From contig JAEUTT010000353.1 of NCBI GenBank assembly GCA_016787165.1, positions 1-40,359 of the forward strand: DNA of 40,359 nt, given 5' to 3'. Both the position numbers and the translations under genes were made by a program. Source of the stretch: Bacteroidia bacterium (GTDB lineage: Bacteria > Bacteroidota > Bacteroidia > 2-12-FULL-35-15). The notes under the pieces were generated by a model. It was not told where the DNA came from, ran no database searches, and saw nothing but the letters and a program-made list of their open reading frames with translations. Shown here piece by piece: positions 35,733 to 40,359 of the stretch (within the stretch, counting starts at the first letter, position 1; each line of letters begins with the position of its first letter).

Positions 35733-38700
35733 ATGATGAAATTTTACAAATTAAAAACACGATTGGCTTTAGTGGTGGCGTGTTTTGTGATGAGTGTGAG
35801 TGCTTGGGCGCAGGTTGATGTTACATCAACAGGCGGTACTCCTACAGCTTCATATACAACTTTGAAAGATGCGTTTGATGCAATTAATGCAGGTACGCAT
35901 ACAGGAACCATTGATGTTGGCATTTCTGCCAATACTACTGAAATAGCTCCTGCGGTTTTAAATGCAAGTGGAGCTGGTGCAGCTAGTTATGCATCAGTGT
36001 ATATTAATCCAACTGTAGATGGAATAACAATAAATACAAGTTATACGACTGTGGGCAGAGGAGTAATAGAGTTAAATGGTGCAGCCAACGTAACAATTGA
36101 CGGTGATAATCCAAATACAGGAGGGGCGAATAGAAATTTGACCATTATTAACTCAGCAACTAATACTACTGCGTATACTTCTGTTATTAGAATTGCCATG
36201 GGAACTGCAGCTCCATATTTAACAGCAAATGGCATTTCAGTAAAAAACTGTAATTTGAATGGAAGTGCAACAAATCAAAATAATAATTCTGTAACGAGTA
36301 CAACGGGGGCAGGCAATACAACATTTGGAATTGTCGCAGGTCCTGGAGGGGGGGCATCGGTAGCAGCTTTAGCAAGTGTGACTACAGCTATGAACGCCAG
36401 CGCTACTGTAAATTCATTTGTTGTGGACAATAATATGATTAACCAGTGTGCGAGAGGTGTTGGCTTTTTGGGGGCTGCTGCTGCAAATACTTCTGGAATT
36501 TCAGTAACTAATAATGTTTTAGGTGATCAATCTTCATTATCTGGTAGTGCGCCTTATACTTCTCCTACCACAACAGTATATACAAAAGGAATATATGTTG
36601 CAGGGGCAACTTCTGTAACAATTACAGGAAATACTATAAAAAATATTTTATCATATATTGGTACTACACTAGCTGCAATTGAGCTTAATTCGGCAATTGG
36701 TAGCGGTGCAGGCACTGTAAATGTTTCTAATAACTCAATTAATGGTGTGGTTAATAATGCCGCTAGTGCTGCTAATGGTATTTTAATATCATCTTGTACT
36801 GTGGCGTTTAATGTTAATCAGAATATTGTTACGAATATCCAAACAGTAGGAACCTCCAGCGTTGGAGGTGGGATTAATTTTTCCCATTCAAATGCACTAA
36901 ATCCGGCAGGAACAATTGACAAAAACTCTTTATCTAACATTCGAGCCAATTCTACCGGAGGTTATGCTTCTAGAGGGATTTTTTTACAAGCAGGAAATAA
37001 CGTTCTTGTTACAAATAATTTTATTTGGGATCTTTTTGCTTTCATGAATAATAGCACAACAGGAACAACATTTGGTGTTCGCGGAATCGCTGTTGCTTCA
37101 GGTACGGGGCATAAAATTTATCACAATACTGTCTCTTTAAGTGGATCTATGGGTGGTTCTGTAGCCGACATTACAACTTGTTTGTCTATAGCTGGTAGCG
37201 GACAAACAGGGATAGATATTAGGAATAATATTTTTTCTAATACAATTTCAAACCCTTCTGCAGCCGTTCACACTTGTATGCAAATACCTTCTGGAGCTAC
37301 AAGTGCAATGAATTTAACTGTTAACAATAATGCATATTATAGTGGTTCTTCTGCAAATCAATATATTGCTACTTTGCAAACGACATTTACTGGCTATAGA
37401 GCTGCTAATTTTAACCCACTTGCTACATCTCCTGCTAGTAACATGCGTTCCTACACTAGTGTGCTTTCAGCATCTGGAACAAATGACAATTTATCGGTTG
37501 CTTCAATAAATGCAGCACCATTTCAAAGTTCAACTAATTTATTATTAAATACTTCTAATAGTGAGGTTGTTAATAATCTTTGGAATAAAGGAGCTGCCGG
37601 CTTAGGAATAATTTCTGATATTCAAGGAGAAACTCGTCCTCAGGGAATTGCTACAAATCCAACAATCGGAGCAGATGAAGTATTAATAAATGCTTGTACT
37701 GCTGCAAATGGAGGAACTGCTTCTTTCACAGGAGGTTCTAATGGTTGTGTTGGAGGAACAAAAATCATGTCAACAACAGGCTCTGAAACAGGTGCAGGAA
37801 TTACGTATCAATGGGAAGTTTCAACAGTTGGTGGTGGAGTAGGATTTTCAAATGTTTCCGGAGGAACAGGTGCAAATACTACAACATACACAACAGGGGT
37901 ACTTGCATCAGGGACTTATTTTTACCGTTTAAATGTAACTTGCTCAAATGGACCAGTTACAGGATATAGTAATGAAATTATGCTTACAGTAAATGATAAT
38001 CCTACAGTTACTGTAACACCCAACTCTGGAGTTTATTGTTCACCGGGTGGAACTGCGGTTGCGTTAGCCGCGGGTGGTGCATCTACTTATACTTGGTTAC
38101 CTGCTACAGGATTGTCTGCAACAACAGGAGCAAATGTAAATGCTACGCCTGGAGCAACTACTACTTATACTGTTACAGGAACAGATGGAAATAGTTGTAC
38201 AGCTACAGCTACAGCTGCGATAACTGTTGCTCCGGCTGTAATTATAAACAGCATAACAGCTACACCTCCTGCAGTTTGTATAGGAGGGACAAGTAATTTA
38301 TCGGTTACATTAGCTAGTCCTACCGCATCTACGATGGTTTATTCAGCAACTACAGGAAATTCAATTGAAACAATCACTAGTCCAACGGTAGTTACTGCTG
38401 TTACAGGTGGTTCTTTAGATGATGGTTATATTACCGTTACACCTTCTTTTTCCTTTAATTATATAGGAACCAATGTTACTTCTTATAGTGTAGGAACGAA
38501 TGGATACATTGTTTTGAATGGTTTCTCTTCAGCTATTCCAACCAATATTAATACAATTACAGGTCTTGATATTGTTCACGCTTTTGGAAGAGACGGAAAT
38601 TTGAATGTTCCTAATGGCGGTAATTTAACTCACGGTCCGGCAGCAGGTGGTAAATATGTTTTCCAATCCACAAATTATTCAGGCGGTGCTAGCGGTGCTA

Positions 38701-40359
38701 CAAGTGCAACAATATATTGTACTTATCAGATTGTATTCTGGGGAAGCACAAGTGCATCTCCGGGAAGAATTGATATTATTTACGGAACCAGTGCTGGCAC
38801 ACCAGCTTCAGCAGGAACAATTGGAATTAGAGACATTGCAGGAACATTTATTAATGGTGTAAATGGTTCAACTTCATCAACTGCTACAACCGCAGCTTGG
38901 CCAGCAAATGGTCTGATGTATAGTTTTACTCCTCCTTCGCCATCTACTTTTACATGGGCTGCTGATCCTACTCTTAGTGCAACTAATATAGCTAACCCTA
39001 TAGCAAGTGGCATATCAGCTACTACTACCTATACGGTTACAGTTTCTCAAGGAGCTTGCTCCTCAACAGGAACAACAACTGTAACTGTAGGTTCAGCATT
39101 GTCAAGTAACGCTACTGTTGCGCCTTCTGCATCAGTTTGTGCTGGAGCAAATGTTACTTTGGGTTCTACTGCCACTGGTGGTGGTGCTCCATATACTTAT
39201 GCTTGGGTAGGTCCAAATAGTTTTATTGACAATACTCAAAATCCCGTAATTTCTGGAGCAACAGTAAATGCATCCGGAACATATACGGTTACAATTACTG
39301 ATGATTGCGGTATTACATCTACATCAACAGTATCGCTTACTGTAAATGGAGCTCCTACAGTTTCTGTAACTCCGTCATCGGCAAGTTACTGTAATCCAGG
39401 AACAGCAGTTTCGTTAGTTGCATCTGGCACTTCAACTTCTTATTCATGGTTACCAAGTGCTGGATTATCTGCAACTACAGGCGCAAGCGTAAATGCTAGT
39501 CCGGCTGCAACAACTACCTATACTGTTACTGGAACAGATGGCAATGGTTGTACAAATACTTCAACAACAACTATCACATCTTCATTGGCTGTTGCTGTTA
39601 GTTCAGTAAGTGCTAGTTCAACTTTATTTTGTGAAGGAGGAAGTTCAAATTTAACTTCTTCGGCAGCATTTGTTACTGGGACATATTGTACCGCAGCAGC
39701 TACAAGCACCTCATTCGAAAAAATATCAAATGTAACTATTGGTGCAATAAACAATACGTCATCGGCAACTGCCGGTTATGAAGATTTTACGGCAATCAAT
39801 ACAGCAATAACAGCAGGCGTTTCAACTCCTATTAGTGTTGCTATTTCAGGTGCTTATGCAAATGATGATAGAGTACACGTTTGGGTAGATATGAATCAAG
39901 ATGGCGTTTTTTCTGATCCTGCCGAAAGAATTCTTAATGTGGCAATTAGTACATTTTGTCCAGCTTGTGCTGGAACAAATACAGTGGTAACAGGTAATAT
40001 TACCATCCCTACAACTGCCACAAATGGTTCAACCAGAATGCGTATCAGATTGCAAGATCAAAGCACAGGTCCTAACTCTACTCCTTGTGGAACTTCTACT
40101 TATGGACAAGTTGAGGACTATACATTAAATATTACCAATGCAACAGATAACTCTATTTCATATGTTTGGTCACCATCTACATATTTAAACGATGCAACTA
40201 TTGCTAACCCTACAGCTTCTGCTGTAACTGGTGATATAACTTATACATTAACTGCAACATCTACTTTAGGTTGTTCGGCTCAAGGTACTGTTGCTCTTAC
40301 TGTAAATCCATTACCAACAGTAACAGCAAGTTCTGATGCTACAGCAAATACTATTTGTG
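35733..40359 (+). CDS. Giant secreted surface protein, 3' end outside the window: signal peptide, about 620-aa parallel beta-helix-like region, multiple Ig-like modules and a GEVED-like domain
   Basis: The frame is open from ATG 35733 to the window edge, at least 1542 codons. I read about 35733-38000 codon by codon and skimmed the rest without seeing a stop. The ORF track omits it, presumably because there is no in-window stop. Signal peptide MMKFYKLKTRLALVVACFVMSVSAWAQ. The N-terminal part has repeated short V.NN.I/NN.F strands. T/G/A/S-rich Ig-like modules contain conserved Cys residues. GTSTYGQVEDYTLNI (about 40104-40121) resembles the GEVED motif. Confidence 0.8.
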   Translation, partial: MMKFYKLKTRLALVVACFVMSVSAWAQVDVTSTGGTPTASYTTLKDAFDAINAGTHTGTIDVGISANTTEIAPAVLNASGAGAASYASVYINPTVDGITINTSYTTVGRGVIELNGAANVTIDGDNPNTGGANRNLTIINSATNTTAYTSVIRIAMGTAAPYLTANGISVKNCNLNGSATNQNNNSVTSTTGAGNTTFGIVAGPGGGASVAALASVTTAMNASATVNSFVVDNNMINQCARGVGFLGAAAANTSGISVTNNVLGDQSSLSGSAPYTSPTTTVYTKGIYVAGATSVTITGNTIKNILSYIGTTLAAIELNSAIGSGAGTVNVSNNSINGVVNNAASAANGILISSCTVAFNVNQNIVTNIQTVGTSSVGGGINFSHSNALNPAGTIDKNSLSNIRANSTGGYASRGIFLQAGNNVLVTNNFIWDLFAFMNNSTTGTTFGVRGIAVASGTGHKIYHNTVSLSGSMGGSVADITTCLSIAGSGQTGIDIRNNIFSNTISNPSAAVHTCMQIPSGATSAMNLTVNNNAYYSGSSANQYIATLQTTFTGYRAANFNPLATSPASNMRSYTSVLSASGTNDNLSVASINAAPFQSSTNLLLNTSNSEVVNNLWNKGAAGLGIISDIQGETRPQGIATNPTIGADEVLINACTAANGGTASFTGGSNGCVGGTKIMSTTGSETGAGITYQWEVSTVGGGVGFSNVSGGTGANTTTYTTGVLASGTYFYRLNVTCSNGPVTGYSNEIMLTVNDNPTVTVTPNSGVYCSPGGTAVALAAGGASTYTWLPATGLSATTGANVNATPGATTTYTVTGTDGNSCTATATAAITVAPAVIINSITATPPAVCIGGTSNLSVTLASPTASTMVYSATTGNSIETITSPTVVTAVTGGSLDDGYITVTPSFSFNYIGTNVTSYSVGTNGYIVLNGFSSAIPTNINTITGLDIVHAFGRDGNLNVPNGGNLTHGPAAGGKYVFQSTNYSGGASGATSATIYCTYQIVFWGSTSASPGRIDIIYGTSAGTPASAGTIGIRDIAGTFINGVNGSTSSTATTAAWPANGLMYSFTPPSPSTFTWAADPTLSATNIANPIASGISATTTYTVTVSQGACSSTGTTTVTVGSALSSNATVAPSASVCAGANVTLGSTATGGGAPYTYAWVGPNSFIDNTQNPVISGATVNASGTYTVTITDDCGITSTSTVSLTVNGAPTVSVTPSSASYCNPGTAVSLVASGTSTSYSWLPSAGLSATTGASVNASPAATTTYTVTGTDGNGCTNTSTTTITSSLAVAVSSVSASSTLFCEGGSSNLTSSAAFVTGTYCTAAATSTSFEKISNVTIGAINNTSSATAGYEDFTAINTAITAGVSTPISVAISGAYANDDRVHVWVDMNQDGVFSDPAERILNVAISTFCPACAGTNTVVTGNITIPTTATNGSTRMRIRLQDQSTGPNSTPCGTSTYGQVEDYTLNITNATDNSISYVWSPSTYLNDATIANPTASAVTGDITYTLTATSTLGCSAQGTVALTVNPLPTVTASSDATANTIC

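Noticed and set aside
35744-36375. Short minus-strand ORFs (35744..35932, 36041..36235, 36187..36375), plus 38647..38862, 38780..39013 and 39518..39754
   Set aside because: All lie inside the long open plus-strand frame starting at 35733, which has a signal peptide and coherent domain repeats. They are off-frame or antisense artefacts.
1-40359. Search for mobile elements, prophage genes or known defence systems
   Set aside because: No transposase, integrase, recombinase, restriction-modification, toxin-antitoxin, Cas or phage structural motifs were recognisable in any listed ORF. The region reads as core chromosome with surface-protein loci.

Overview
This is a low-GC chromosomal window that looks like Bacteroidota. 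The evidence is T9SS C-terminal sorting domains, a PorP/SprF gene, TAnnTTTG-type -7 promoter boxes and no obvious Shine-Dalgarno sequences. I cannot place it more precisely from sequence alone.

Most of the window is housekeeping or core metabolism: yicC (3' end), gmk, an animal-like ACMSD decarboxylase, an acyl-CoA carboxyltransferase, an Lrp/AsnC regulator, dprA, a TonB-dependent receptor, a hotdog thioesterase, dnaG, glutaryl-CoA dehydrogenase, two lytic transglycosylases, a histidine kinase and gpmI.

Interspersed is a cell-surface and secretion component:
- A 1441-aa adhesin with beta-propeller repeats, SprB repeats and a type-B T9SS CTD, followed directly by its likely PorP/SprF partner.
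- A small type-A CTD cargo.
- A type-A CTD cargo that fuses a proprotein-convertase P-domain, a lysyl-oxidase-like domain and a PKD domain.
- An ORF of more than 1540 aa running off the 3' edge (beta-helix, Ig-like modules, GEVED-like domain). The supplied ORF track omits it.
- A periplasmic propeller/Y_Y_Y sensor fused to a cytoplasmic SpoIIE/PP2C phosphatase, apparently co-transcribed with a secreted coiled-coil protein.

I saw no rRNA, tRNA, CRISPR array, transposase, integrase or recognisable defence genes.

I cannot point to a clearly novel multi-gene system. The best candidates for follow-up are the T9SS-secreted lysyl-oxidase-like enzyme, the coiled-coil protein plus propeller-SpoIIE sensor pair, and the uncharacterised 494-aa helical protein transcribed divergently from the adhesin/PorP operon.

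All family assignments come from motif recognition by eye and need HMM or BLAST confirmation.
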